Below are positions 50,634 through 62,084 of a stretch of DNA of 64,000 bases, one piece after another. Both the position numbers and the translations under genes were made by a program. Numbering within the stretch: position 1 is the first letter of the stretch; each line of letters opens with the position of its first letter. This DNA comes from Squalus acanthias. Taxonomy: Eukaryota. The notes beneath the pieces are model-generated. The model was given only the letters and a program-made list of their open reading frames with translations, ran no database searches and was not told the origin of the DNA. The stretch lies in contig CM059432.1 of assembly GCA_030390025.1 (NCBI GenBank), forward strand, positions 3,720,001 through 3,784,000, given 5' to 3'.

Positions 50634-51311
50634 AAAAGAGCAGACCCAGGAATGCCGTATAACTGTGTTCAGTAATTTATTGGTTAACTTAACATATAAA
50701 TATCAGAAGGTAAATTCTTTACTTCAGTTCACTTTATTCCTTTTTTCCATCTATTCTCTCTTCTTGCGCATCTCTACTCCTATGTCAGCTGTGGCTCAGT
50801 GGGCAGCACACTCTAGGTGGGCGGGGCTAGGAGTGAGCAGGTGCTGCTGGGTACTTGATTACTGCAGGGAGTTGGAGTGAGTTTGTAAAAAGTTGGTGGT
50901 GTTTTTTTTTTCAGGTTTTAGGGCCTTTTTGCTCCTCAAACAACAGCCAGATGGCTGCTGAGGAGCCCGGAGTGCCGGGTCCCTCAGAGGACAATGTTCC
51001 CAGGATGAATTTAATCAGGGGAGAAAAGGGAGAAAAAAAGGCCCAAAGATTTGGGCCGGGACCCCAGTAGGTTTGGAAAAGGAAACACGGTGGTGGTTCA
51101 GTGCGAGGATAAGGAGATACGAGCTTGGGATATTATCCAGGCGGTACATGAGGACTGCGGCGAGGGAAGCTGCTTTGCCTGCCCACCAAAGCCAAATGTT
51201 GGGTTCAAGGTGACGGTCAGTGGCCGAGAGGAGGCAAAAAGACTTTTACTGAGTTTGAAGGTTGGAGATAACTTCTTGGAGGTATCTTGCTATATTCTGA
51301 AAAGGTGGTGG

Positions 51312-51548
51312 TGTTGAGGCTGCCGTGAAACACGAATTAAGGCTGAATCCATTTGTGTTAAACAAGAGACTTTTTAATCACAGCATGGCACAAAATGGCA
51401 GACTCAAAGCTCCCAGAATTCTCTGGGTAAAACCTGAGGCCCCGCCCCCTTCTGCCTTAAAGGTAAGGTGCCTTAAAGGGAAGGTGCTGGAAATTTGTCC
51501 ACAGACGGAAGAGTGGATTATACCCGTTTTAGGTGGCGATCCGCCACA
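51312..51548 (-). repeat. 3' LTR
   Basis: Four transitions relative to 55410-55646; preceded on the - strand by PPT GGGGGGAG (51552-51559). Confidence 0.95.
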
Positions 51549-51559
51549 CAGCTCCCCCC

Positions 51560-54500
51560 AGAATCCGCTTAGGAGGTGTGGACGAGACGGTGCGGCGGTC
51601 TGATGGGCCGGCCGGAGCGGCTCTTGTTGGACGCCGGTGGACGTGGAACGGCCGGGCGTGGAGCAGCCGGGTGAACCGGCTTGAGGGCAGGTCAGCCGCG
51701 TGGAGGTGGACGAGCTACAGGGACCTGCTCACCGGGCTCCGAGTGTGCTGGCTTGAGTCGGTCAACCGACACTTTTTCGGTCCTGTCGCCCACTTGCAGG
51801 GTGAAAAATTTGTCCCCCGCCTGTAGCACCTTGTAGGGCCCGTCGTACGGGGGTTGAAGGGGTCCGCGGTGGGCGTTGTGCCGGACGAAAACAAACCGTG
51901 CCTGGTGCAGGCTTAGTGGGACGTGTGAACTGGATTCGCCGTGTCAGGCAATGGGCACCGGGGCGAACTGCAGTGCCGGTGAGGCGAAGTCGTGGCGTTG
52001 CTGGTCGGCTGACCAGGGTGTCGTGGCGGTGGGCAGGAACTCGCCGGGTACGCGCAGCGGCTGACCGTACATGAGCTCTGCTGCCGATGCATGGCGGTCT
52101 TCTTTAACCGTGGTGCGCAGGCTGAGGAGGACCCACAGAAGTCGGTCGGTCCAGGCGCCGTCTTGGAGGCTGGCTCGAAGAGATGCCTTCAAGGATCTGT
52201 GGAACCGCTCACACAGTCCATTGGCTTGGGGGTGGTACGCTGTGGTGCGGTGAATGGTCACCCCGAGATTTTGTGCGACGGCGGTCCAGATTTCAGAGGT
52301 AAATTGCGGACCTCTGTCCGACGTCATGTCGGAGGGGACACTGAACCGTGCGACCCAGGTGCTGACGAAGGCTCTGGCGATGTCGGCGGTGGTGGTAGAG
52401 GTCAGTGGAATTGCCTCGGGCCAGCGTGTGGTGCGGTCAACGATGGTCAGCAAGTGCGTGTGGCCTTGCGACGGCGGCAGGGGCCCGACGATGTCCACGT
52501 GGATGTGGTCGAATCTCCGTGAGGGGACGGTAAACTCCTCGAGGGGTGCTTTCGTGTGTTGCTGTACCTTGGCCCGTTGGCAGGCTAGGCAGGAGTTGGC
52601 CCAAGTACGCACATCCTTGCGAAGGCCGCGCCAGACAAAGCGGTTGGCTACCAATTTGATGGATGCGCGGGCGCCGGGGTGGGAGAGGTTGTGGAGAATC
52701 TCGAATACCCGGCAGCGCCAGGACGCTGGGACGACGGGCCGAGGTTGACATAGGGATATGTCGCACTTGACCGTGACTGCGGTCGGGCCACAGGCGACGT
52801 TGGCCAGGCGTAGCCCTGGTAGGTTGGTGGGTGCGGAGAGCAGATCAGGGTCGGTGATCTGGTCTGCTGCGAGTTGAGCGTAGTCGGCTGCTAGGTATGC
52901 GGCATGGATGGCGGGGCGGGAGAGGCAGTCGGCTACCACATTGTCTCGGCCGGAGACGTGTTGGATGTCCGTGGTGAACTCGGACACTGCTGCGAGCTGG
53001 CGCTGCTGCCTGGCGGACCAGGGGTCGGTTGTCTTTGCCATTGCGAATGTCAGGGGCTTGTGGTCGACAAACGCAGTGAAGGGGTGGCCCTCAAGCAAAA
53101 ACCGGAAATGGCGGACCGCCAGGAACAGCGCGAGGAGCTCGCGGTCGAAGGTGCTGTACTTGACCTCCGGGGGCGTAGTTGGCGGCTGAAGAAGGCAAGT
53201 GGTTGCCAGGCGCCGTTGACCCACTGCTCATACACGGCACCGACCGCGTGGTCGGAGGCGTCCGTGGTGAGCGCTACCCTGGCATTGGGCCGTGGGTGCG
53301 CGAGCAGGGTGGCGTTGGCGAGCGCGGTCTTGGTGGAATCAAAGGCGGTGGACGCATCTGCCGTCCATTCGACCGCCATCTTGCCGCTCCTGCCCCGGAG
53401 GGCTTCATACAGGGGCCTCATGAGGGACGCTGCTTTGGGGATGAAGCGGTTATAGAAATTCACCATCCCGAGGAACTCCTGGAGGCCTTTGATGGTGGTG
53501 GGGTGGGGAAATTGTTGGACGGCCTGCACCTTGGTGGGCAGGGGAATGGCCCCAGCATGGGTGATGTGGTGGCCGAGGAAGTCGATCTTGTCCAGGCCGA
53601 ACTGGCATTTGGCTGGGCTGAGGATGAGCCCGTGGTCGCTGAGGCGCCCAAAAAGGATGCGAAGGTGTTCGAGGTGTTCCTGCTTGGAGGAACTGGCTAC
53701 CAGGATGTCATCCAGGTAGACGAACAGGAACTTCAGGTCCCGAAGGACCGAGTCCATGAGCCGTTGGAATGCCTGGGCCGCGTTTTTGAGGCCGAAGGGC
53801 ATCCGCAGGAACTCGAACAGGCCGAAGGGGGTGATTACGGCTGTCTTGGGGACGTCCGCGGGGTGGACGGGGACTTGGTGGTAGCCGCGCACCAGGTCGA
53901 CCTTGGAAAAGACTGAGCGGCCGGCCAGTCTAGCCGAGAAGTCCTGAATGTGCGGCACGGGGTACCGATCGGGGTGGTGGCGTCATTGAGGCGGCGGTAA
54001 TCCCCGCAGGGGCGCCAACCTCCGCCTGGTTTGGGGGCGATGTGGAGTGGGGAGGCCCAGGGACTGTTGGAGCGGCGGATGATGCCGAGCTGTTCCATGG
54101 TGGCAAACTCGGTCCGCGTGATCTCCAGTTTGGCCGGGTCCAGCCTGCGGGCGTGGGCGTACACTGGGGGGCCTGTGGTGGGGATGAAGTGTTCCACCCC
54201 GTGTTTGGCGGCCTCCGCGGAGAAGGTCGGATTGGTAAGGGACGGGAATTCGGCCAGGAGTGCCGAGTAGTCATCCGTGGCCCGGGCGTGGCACTGTGAC
54301 GCCATGTCGGCGGGTTGACGGGGGGCCATGGCGCCCAGGATGGGGGACACGGTGTTCATGTCCATGAGGCGGTGACGAGGGATGTCTACCAGTAGGCCGT
54401 GGGCGCACAGGAAATCTGCGCCGATGAGGGGGGAGAGCACCTTAGCAGTGATGAACTCCCATCGGTAGCGGTGACCAGCGAGGTCAAGGGTGACTGTCCG

Positions 54501-55369
54501 CGTGCCATACGTCCGGATTTCCGAGCCGTTAGCAGCAGCCAGCGCCGGTCCTCGTTCGCCCTTTTGGATGTCGAGGGAGGAGGCCGGGATGATGCTGTGC
54601 TGAGCCCCAGTGTCGCACAGGAACCGGCGGCTGGTTTTGTCATCCGTGACGAACAGCAGGGAGCCGTGGGCCACGTGGGGGCTGGAACGGGGGCGGACTT
54701 GAAAGAGCAGGGAGGTGTGCACCGTTGTGCCCTGGCGCCGAACCATGCGTGGTAGTAACAGTGGCCCGGGTTAGTGGGGCGTGAAGGCCCCGTGGGCCTG
54801 ATGACAGGCCCTTGTGGCCGCGTGCTGGATGGTGAGGGGCGCGCCCAGGCATTGGCTGCCAGGTCCGGAGTGACGTCGTGGCTGGAGTGAGCGGACAGCA
54901 GCTTGTCGGACTCATCGGCCAGGGCTTCCAGGTTCGTGAGGCCGGACGCCACGATCGCTGGGCGGATGCTGAGAGGGAGCTGGCGGATGAACAGCGTGCG
55001 GAAGAGGGATCCGGGTGGGCTCTCGTCGGTGAGGGAGAGCATGTGGGAGAGGAGGTCTGATGGTGAGGCATCACCGAGGCCTGGAAGGTCGAGGAGGTGG
55101 CAGTTTCGCTGATATGCCGAGGCCGTAAATTTTTTAAGGAGCGCTGTCCTGAGATGTGCGTACTTGCCTTCCTCTGGTGGGTTCTGCAGCGTTGTCCAAA
55201 CCTTGGAAACTGCGGCGCTACCGAGTGATGTGACGAGATAGTCGTACTTCGTCCCATCTGTGGTGATATTTCGCAGCCGGAAGCGAGATTCAGCTTGGAG
55301 AAACCAGGCTTCGTGCTGGTTTTCCCAAAACTCTGGCAGTTTCACAGAAACTGCGTTCGTGTCCGCCAT
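51560..55369 (-). pseudogene. Gypsy gag-pol, three frame breaks plus late TGA stops
   Basis: Gag KLPEFW and C-X2-H-X9-C-X3-C; protease LCDTGA; RT RPCGDYRRLN, MPFGLKNA, YLDD; RNase H TDAS; integrase HHCC, HVDIVGP, SDRG, GLCERFH; GPY domain. Confidence 0.93.
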
Positions 55370-55394
55370 TGCTGTGCTCGGAATACGTTCTGAG

Positions 55395-55408
55395 CGTCGG
55401 GGTCACCA
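55395..55408 (-). promoter_or_regulatory. Primer-binding site, tRNA-Trp
   Basis: TGGTGACCCCGACG, 1 nt inside the 5' LTR, complementary to the tRNA-Trp 3' end (...CGTCGGGGTCACCA). Confidence 0.85.
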
Positions 55409-55409
55409 A

Positions 55410-55646
55410 TGTTGAGGCTGCCGCGAAACACGAATTAAGGCTGAATCCATTTGTGTTAAACAAGAGACTTTTTAATCACAGCATGGCACAAAATGGCAGA
55501 CTCAAAGCTCCCAGAATTCTCTGGGTAAAACCTGAGGCCCCACCCCCTTCTGCCTTAAAGGTAAGGTGCCTTAAAGGGAAGGTGCTGGAAATTTGTCCAC
55601 AGACGGAAGAGTGGATTATGCCCGTTTTAGGTGGCAATCCGCCACA
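55410..55646 (-). repeat. 5' LTR
   Basis: Direct repeat of 51312-51548. Confidence 0.95.
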
Positions 55647-57789
55647 GTGGTCTCATTCTTAAACCTGCCAGTTTATATTGAGGACGATGTGCTAATAAAA
55701 AAGTTGGAGTCATGGGCCATTAAAATTTGCTCGGCAATAAAGAGGAGATACTATCCAGGCACGCGGGTAGCAGATGGAACTCGTTACGTAAAGGTACGGT
55801 TCCCAGAGGGGGTGAAGTCATTGCCGTATAGCATGAAATTCGAGACAATGGAAGGAGTGCAGTACTTCCGGGTACTGCATGATAACCAGGTGAAGGTTTG
55901 TTATTATTGTCTTGGACACGACCATCTTGTAAGAAGCTGACCAGACTTATACTGTTATAACTGCGGCGAGTCTGGACACATCGCTCAGAGCTGCAAGGCG
56001 GAGAGCTGTGGGGTGTGTCACAAAGGCCCCACCCGCTGTGAATGTGAGGCAGAAGGAAGCCCCTTGAGTGACAAGGAGATGGGAGAAGGAGCAGGAGGTG
56101 TGAGTGGAACGGCCGGAGGAGTGGAGCAGGTGGAGGACACAGCTGGTGAATGGAAGGAGAAAAGAGCGCAGGAAGAGGCAGAAAATTGCGGAGCAGAGAA
56201 CAGGATGGAGATGGTGGAAAACACACCAAGTACAGTGGAAAAGGACAAAGACAGCAGAGGGCAGCACGGGTCAAGGGCAGAGTCGAGCCATAATACGGCT
56301 CAGATCTCCCTAAAGAATCTGGTGTCCGCGGGGGGAGAGGAGGCGGGAGCGGGGTGCGGGGTAACTGTAAGTATTCCAAAGAAAGATGGGGATTTGGAGA
56401 TCTCGGGGAGCAGGAGGGGGCATGAGAAGGAGAGGGTTGCAATAGGCAGGAGCCTTAAAGGGGCAGCAGGACGAGAGCGGGGAGACAAAGACGCCAGAAG
56501 GGAGCAAGATAGGTGCAGATGCGCCATTGTCCCAGAGAGAGAAGAAACGGAGAGCAACGGTCAATGGTGGAGATGAGGCCGAAGTGAGTGGCACTGTTGG
56601 AGAAACCGTGATAGCAGGAAGACTCTCTAAGGGAGATTATGTATCTGACGGGGAGCAGGGATGGGAGGTTACAGAAGAGCTCGAGAGTGAGGAGTCAGAG
56701 GGGGACAGAGACAGGGAAGTGGGGGGTGGGGTGGCATCGTGTGAAAAGCGAAAGGTTAGTGAGGGGCAGAAGGAGGGAGAAGGGGCAGCTCCTCGGCCCA
56801 AACCTAATGTAAGGAAGAGGCTGAAACTGCAGGGAAGGTTCAAACAGGAGGTGAAAAAGAGCCGGAGGCTGCAGTAGAAAGCAACAGCTGCCCGAAAATT
56901 TGGGAAGGAGCATGAGAGAAGGGAAGGGCCGGAGATTAAATGATGGGGGATTATCAGGCACACTTCCCTTATTCGGAGCCATGATTACTGATCAATTTTT
57001 AAAGTACAATAGATTAGTATATGTTATGGGAGACAAATTAAACTTCGGGTTTTGATGTTAATATGTGGTGGAGGAATGGCTGTGCAGAGCGGCGGAATGG
57101 ATTTGTATGATACAATGGAATGATCACAATGTTGTAAATGTTTTTAATGCTCAATAAATAATATATATAAAAAAACTTCTCGCCTCTGAGTCAGAAGGTT
57201 GTGGGTTCAAGTCCCACTCCAGAGACTTGAGCACATCAATCTAGGCCGACACTCCCAGTCTTTTGGATGAGACGTTGAACTGAGGCCCCGTCTGCTCTCT
57301 CAGGTGGATGTAAAAGATCCCATGGCCACTATTTCGAAGAAGAGCAGGGAAGTTCTCCCTGGTGTCCTGGGGCCAATATTTATCCCTCAATCAACATCAT
57401 TAAAAAACAGATTATCTGGTCATTAGCGGACAGTGCAGCACTCCCTCAGTACTGGCACTGGGAGTGTCAGATGATCTGGTCATTATCACATTGCTGTTTG
57501 TGGGAGCTTGCTGTGTGCAAATTGGCTGCCGCGTTTCCTACGTTGTGTCGAATGGCCTCCTTCTGTGCAGTATGATGCTATCATTCTATGATAATGGGCG
57601 GCTGAATTGATATCGTCCTTTTGCACTATCATCCAAAGTCAAAATGACCGCCCATAGGTTGGAGCTTTCAGCAATAGTTTTCTCACCACTAATTCTTTTT
57701 GTTCGCATGTTGGCTGAAAAATATTGAGATGCTATATTTCAAAAATACAATGCTGCAGAGTTTACATCACCACAGTGTAAAAGCAAGCA

Positions 57790-58660
57790 AGACTTGCATT
57801 TATATAGCGCCTCTCAGGATGTTCGAAAGCGCTTTACAGCCAATGAAGTACTCCTGAAGTGTAGTCACTGTTGTAATGTAGGAAATGCGGCAACCAATTT
57901 GAGCACAGCAAGGTCCCACAAACAGCAATGTGATAATGACCAGATCATCTGTTTTTTAGTGATGTTGATTGAGGGATAAATATTGACCCAGGACACCAGG
58001 AGAACTCCCCTGCTCTTCTTCGAAATAGTGGCCATGAGATCTTTTACATCCACCTGAGAGAGCAGACGGGGCCTCAGTTCAACATCTCATCTGAAAGACG
58101 GCACCTCCGACAGTGCAGCACTCCCTCAGTACTGCAATGGGAGTGTCAGCCTAGATTTTTGTGCTCAAGTCTCTGGAGTGGGAATTGAACCCATAACCTT
58201 CCGACTCAGAGGTGAGGGTGCTGCTCACTGAGCCACGGCTGACACGCTAAACTAGGGGTTCCTGAAAACCCTCTTTGCCGTGCTAATCTCCTGCTCATTT
58301 TAACCTCATTGCTGATCTCCCTCTCCACTTTGTCCAAACTTTGATATCTCGCTCTGCTATATACTTACGTTTAAGGCCGCACCCCTACTTTAAACTCCAA
58401 ACAGTGGGATACATTTCTTGCAGGGAAGTTATCCCCCGGTGTCCTGGGCCAATATTTATAACTCAACCAACATCACTAAAAATACAGATTATCTGGTCAT
58501 TTATCACATTGCTGTTTGTGGGAGCTTGCTGTGCGCAAATTGGCTGCCCCGTTTCCCACATTACAACAGTGACTCCACTTCAAAAAGTACTTCATTGGCT
58601 GTAAAGCGCTTTGAGACGTCCGGTGGTCGTGAAAGGCGCTATATAAATGCAAGTCTTTCT
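57790..58660. mobile_element. Deu-SINE full length (57790-58246 -) and 3' half (58422-58660 +)
   Basis: A box TGGCTCAGTGAG, B box GGTTCAATTCC, conserved core. Confidence 0.85.
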
Positions 58661-58865
58661 TTTTTCCTACACAAGGAAATATGGTAATTAAGTGTTGTCA
58701 CAATCAGGTTAAAAAATAAAGGAAGCAGTTAAGAAAACGTCAGAAGTTTGGGATAAAACTCTTTCAAACTATGAATGAATTATGTTTTGGGTATTTTTGC
58801 ATTCTGCCCCAGTTTCATTCAATCTCTAGCACAATGTATTTTTACAGTAAATTCTCAGGTGCTGA

Positions 58866-59570
58866 TAGAATCATAGAATGATACAGCACAGGAGGAGGCC
58901 ATTCGGCCCATCGTGTCTGTGCCGGCTCTTTGAAAGAGCTCTCCAATTAGTCTCACTCCCTCCTGCTCTTTCCCCATAGTCCTGCAAATTTATCCTTTTC
59001 AAGTATTTATCCAATTCCCCTTTTGAAAGTTACTATTGAATCTGCTTCCACCGCCCTTTCAGGCAGCGCGTTCCAGATCACAACAACTCGCTGCGTAAAT
59101 TAATTTCTCCTCATCTGCCCTCTGGTTCTTTTGCCAATTATCATAAATCTGTGTCCTCTGGTTAACAACCCTGCTGCCAGTGGAAACAGTTTCTCCTTAT
59201 TTACTCCATCAAAACCCCTCATAATTTTGAACACATCTATTAAATTTCCCCATAATATTCTCTGCTCTAAGGGGAACAATCCCAGCTTTCAATAATGGCC
59301 ATTTGCCTTCTTATTGCTTGCTGTACCTGCACGCTAACTTTCTGAGTTTCCAGTACGAGGACACCTAAATCTCTCTGAACACCAACGGAATTTCGTCTCC
59401 ACAATGACTGTGCGGTCGGGTCACCGCTGCCAATGCTGTCATGGGCAGATGCATCTGCGACAGGTAGATTGGTGAGGATGAGGTCAAGTAGGTTTTTCCC
59501 CTCGTGTTGGTTCTCTCACCACCTGCCGTAGTCCTAGTCTGGCAGTTATGTCCTTCAGGACTTGGCCAGC
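58866..59570 (-). mobile_element. Composite LINE derivative (endonuclease piece + two CR1 pieces), copy 1
   Basis: Inverted homolog of 61403-62084 with the same internal junctions. Confidence 0.75.
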
Positions 59571-60967
59571 TTGGCCATTCAGCCCATCGTGCCTGTGCCG
59601 GCTCTTTGAAAGAGCTCTCCCAATTAGTCCCCCTTCCCCCCCCCCCCTGCTCTTTCCCCATAGCCCTGCAAATTTATCCTTTTCAAATATTTATCCAATT
59701 CCCTTTTGAAAGTTATTATTGAATCTGCTTCCCCCACCCTTCCAGGCAGCGAATATCTGACCATCATAACTCGCTGCGTAAAAAAAAATTCTCCTCATCT
59801 CCCTCTCTGGTTCTTTTGATAATTTTCTTAAATCTGTGCCCTCTGGTTACCGACCCTCCGGCCACTGGAAACTGTTTCTCCTTATCTACTCTATCAAAAC
59901 CCTTTATATTTCCACTTGTATCTTCCGTAAGTTACAGACAGTCCGTCGGGGGAGGGGCTGGTTTCTTTACTTTTGAAAATAAAGCATTTACAGGCCTGAA
60001 AAAAATCCAAGGTTAACATTGCAGCCATCAATCAGCATCTGAGAACGCAGGAGGATAATTTTGAACATCTCTATTTAATCTCCCCTTAACCTTCTCTGCT
60101 CTAAGAAGAACAACCCCAGCTTTGAATCATAGAATAATAGAATCATAAAATCAGAGAAGTTTACGGCACGGAAGGAGGTCATTCGGCCCATCGTGTCTGT
60201 GCCGGCCGACAAAGAGCTCTCCAGCCTAATCCCACTTCCCAGCTCTTGGTCCGTAGCCCTGTAGGTTACGGCACTTCAAGTGCATATCCAAGTATTTTTT
60301 AAATGTGATGAGGGTTTCTGCCTCTCCCACCCTTTCAGGCAGTGAGTTCCAGACCCCCACCACCCTCTGGGTGAAAAAAGTTCTCCTCAACTCCCCTCTA
60401 ATCCTTCCACCAATTACCTTAAATCTCTGCCCCCTGGTTATTGACCTCTCTGCTAAGGGAAATCGGTCCTTCTCTAGTCTTGCCACATAACTGAAGTCCC
60501 GCATCCCTCATCCCACATTCTCAGATGCTGATGGCTGCAGTGTTAACCTTAGGGTTTTTTTCAGGCGTGTGAATGCTTTATTTTGAAAAGCAAAAAAAAC
60601 AGCCCTCCCCCGACGGACTGTATGTAACTTAATAGACTATCCAAGTGGAATTCCTCTGGAGATTCCAGTCTCAAACATCAAAGAAGTGTAACAGTCTACA
60701 AATCAGCCAACAGTGTTTCTGTAAGGACTCCCTCACTGACTTGGATTTTATCGGTCCAATTAGTCAGTTAGATTATTAACATTTCATTCAAACTACGCTG
60801 AGGATGTTGGCATCCAGATCACAGGACAGTGGGGTTCTCTCTCAGCACTAACAGTTTCAAAATCATGAGGGGTCCAGGCAGAGCGGATAGAGAGAAACTG
60901 TTCCCTTTGGCGGAAGGGTCGAGAACCAGAGGACACAGATTTAAGGTGATTGGCAGAAGAACCAAAC

Positions 60968-62084
60968 ATCTGGGGATTTGGAGAGCTGTCCCACAGACTA
61001 GTCAAGCAACAGCCTGACATAGTCATACTCACAGAATCACACCTTTCAGCCAATGTCCCAAACTCCTCCATCACCATCCCTGGGTATGTCCTGTCCCACC
61101 GGCAGGACAGACCCACCAGGGGTGGTGGCACAGTGGTATACAGTCAGGAAGGAGTGGCCCTGGGAGTGCTCAACATTGACTCCGGACCCCATGAAGTCTC
61201 ATGGCTTCAGGTCAAGCATGGGCAAGGAAACCTCCTGCTGACTGCCACCTACCGCCCTCCCTCAGCTGATGAATCAGTACTCCTCCATGTTGAACACCAC
61301 TTGGAAGAAGCACTGAGGGTAGCTAGGGCACAGAATGTACTCTGGCTGGGGGACTTCAATGTTCATCACCAAGAGTGGCTTGGTAGCACCACTACTGACT
61401 GAACTGGCCAAGTCCTGAAGGACATAGCTGCCAGACTAGTACTACAGCAGGTGGTGAGAGAACCAACACGAGGGAAAAACCTACTTGACCTCATCCTCAC
61501 CAATCTACTTATCGCAGATGCATCTGTCCATGACAGTATTGGTCATTGTGGAGACGAAATCCCGTTGGTGTTCAGAGAGATTTAGGTGTCCTGTACAGGA
61601 AACTCAGAAAGTTAGCGTGCAGGTACAGCAAGCAATAAGGAAGGCAAATGGCCATTATCGAAAGCTGGGATTGTTCCCCTTAGAGCAGAGAATATTAAGG
61701 GGAAATTTAATAGAGGTGTTCAAAATTATGAGGGGTTTTGATAGAGTAAATAAGGAGAAACTGTTTCCACTGGCAGCAGGGTCGTTAACCAGAGGACACA
61801 GATTTATGATAATTGGCAAAAGAACCAGAGGGAAGATAAGGAGAATTGTTTTTACGCAGTGAGTTGTTGTGATCTGGAACGCGCTGCCTGAAAGGGCGGT
61901 GGAAGCAGATTCAATAATAACTTTCAAAAGGGAATTGGATAAATACTTGAAAAGGATAAATTTGCAGGGACTATGGGGGAAAGAGCAGGGGGAGTGGGAC
62001 TAATTGGAGAGCTCTTTCAAAGGGCCGGCACAGGCACGATGGGCCGAATGGCCTCCTCCTGGGCTGTATCATTCTATGATTCTA
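60968..62084 (+). mobile_element. Composite LINE derivative, copy 2, with a longer APE endonuclease segment
   Basis: PDIVILTESHL, RQDR..RGGG, YRPP, GDFN.HH..W, PTRGKN.LDL, fused to CR1 RDLGV and LGLFPLEQR pieces and a CR1 tail. Confidence 0.8.

Larger units (their letters stand above)
51312..55646 (-). mobile_element. Full-length Ty3/Gypsy LTR retrotransposon, CsRn1/Kabuki-like clade
   Basis: Two 237-bp TG...CA LTRs, TSD GTGG (51308-51311, 55647-55650), PBS, PPT, and gag-PR-RT-RH-IN order. Confidence 0.95.
50815..57175 (+). mobile_element. Tx1/L1-group non-LTR element encoding ORF1 only (about 2.0 kb once the Gypsy insertion is removed)
   Basis: ATG 50951; VVSFLNLPVYIEDD, RRYYPGT.VADGTRYVKVRFP, SLPYSMKF, CCHC knuckles (CYNCGESGHIAQSC), charged tail to 56877. 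AATAAA at 57153 and A-rich tail. No endonuclease or RT. Confidence 0.78.
50783..57541 (+). mobile_element. Deu-SINE split in two (head 50783-50814; body 57176-57541)
   Basis: TGTCAGCTGTGGCTCAGTGGGCAGCACACTCT joins CGCCTCTGAGTCAGAAGGTTGTGGGTTCAAGTCCC, matching the intact copy at 57790-58246. Confidence 0.85.

Noticed and set aside
51325..51603. Duplicated small protein gene (also 55369-55662)
   Set aside because: Translation of the two LTRs from non-ATG starts.
54660..54746. Programmed -1 ribosomal frameshift between gag and pol
   Set aside because: No X XXY YYZ heptamer found by eye, and it cannot be distinguished from a deletion, so it is not called.
52071..55257. Long antisense and alternate-frame ORFs over the Gypsy interior
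   Set aside because: Expected shadows of GC-rich coding sequence; no recognisable motifs.
50951..56877. Functional host zinc-knuckle gene (ZCCHC3-like)
   Set aside because: Frameshifts, an in-frame stop, an LTR insertion, a poly-A end and a position inside a SINE.
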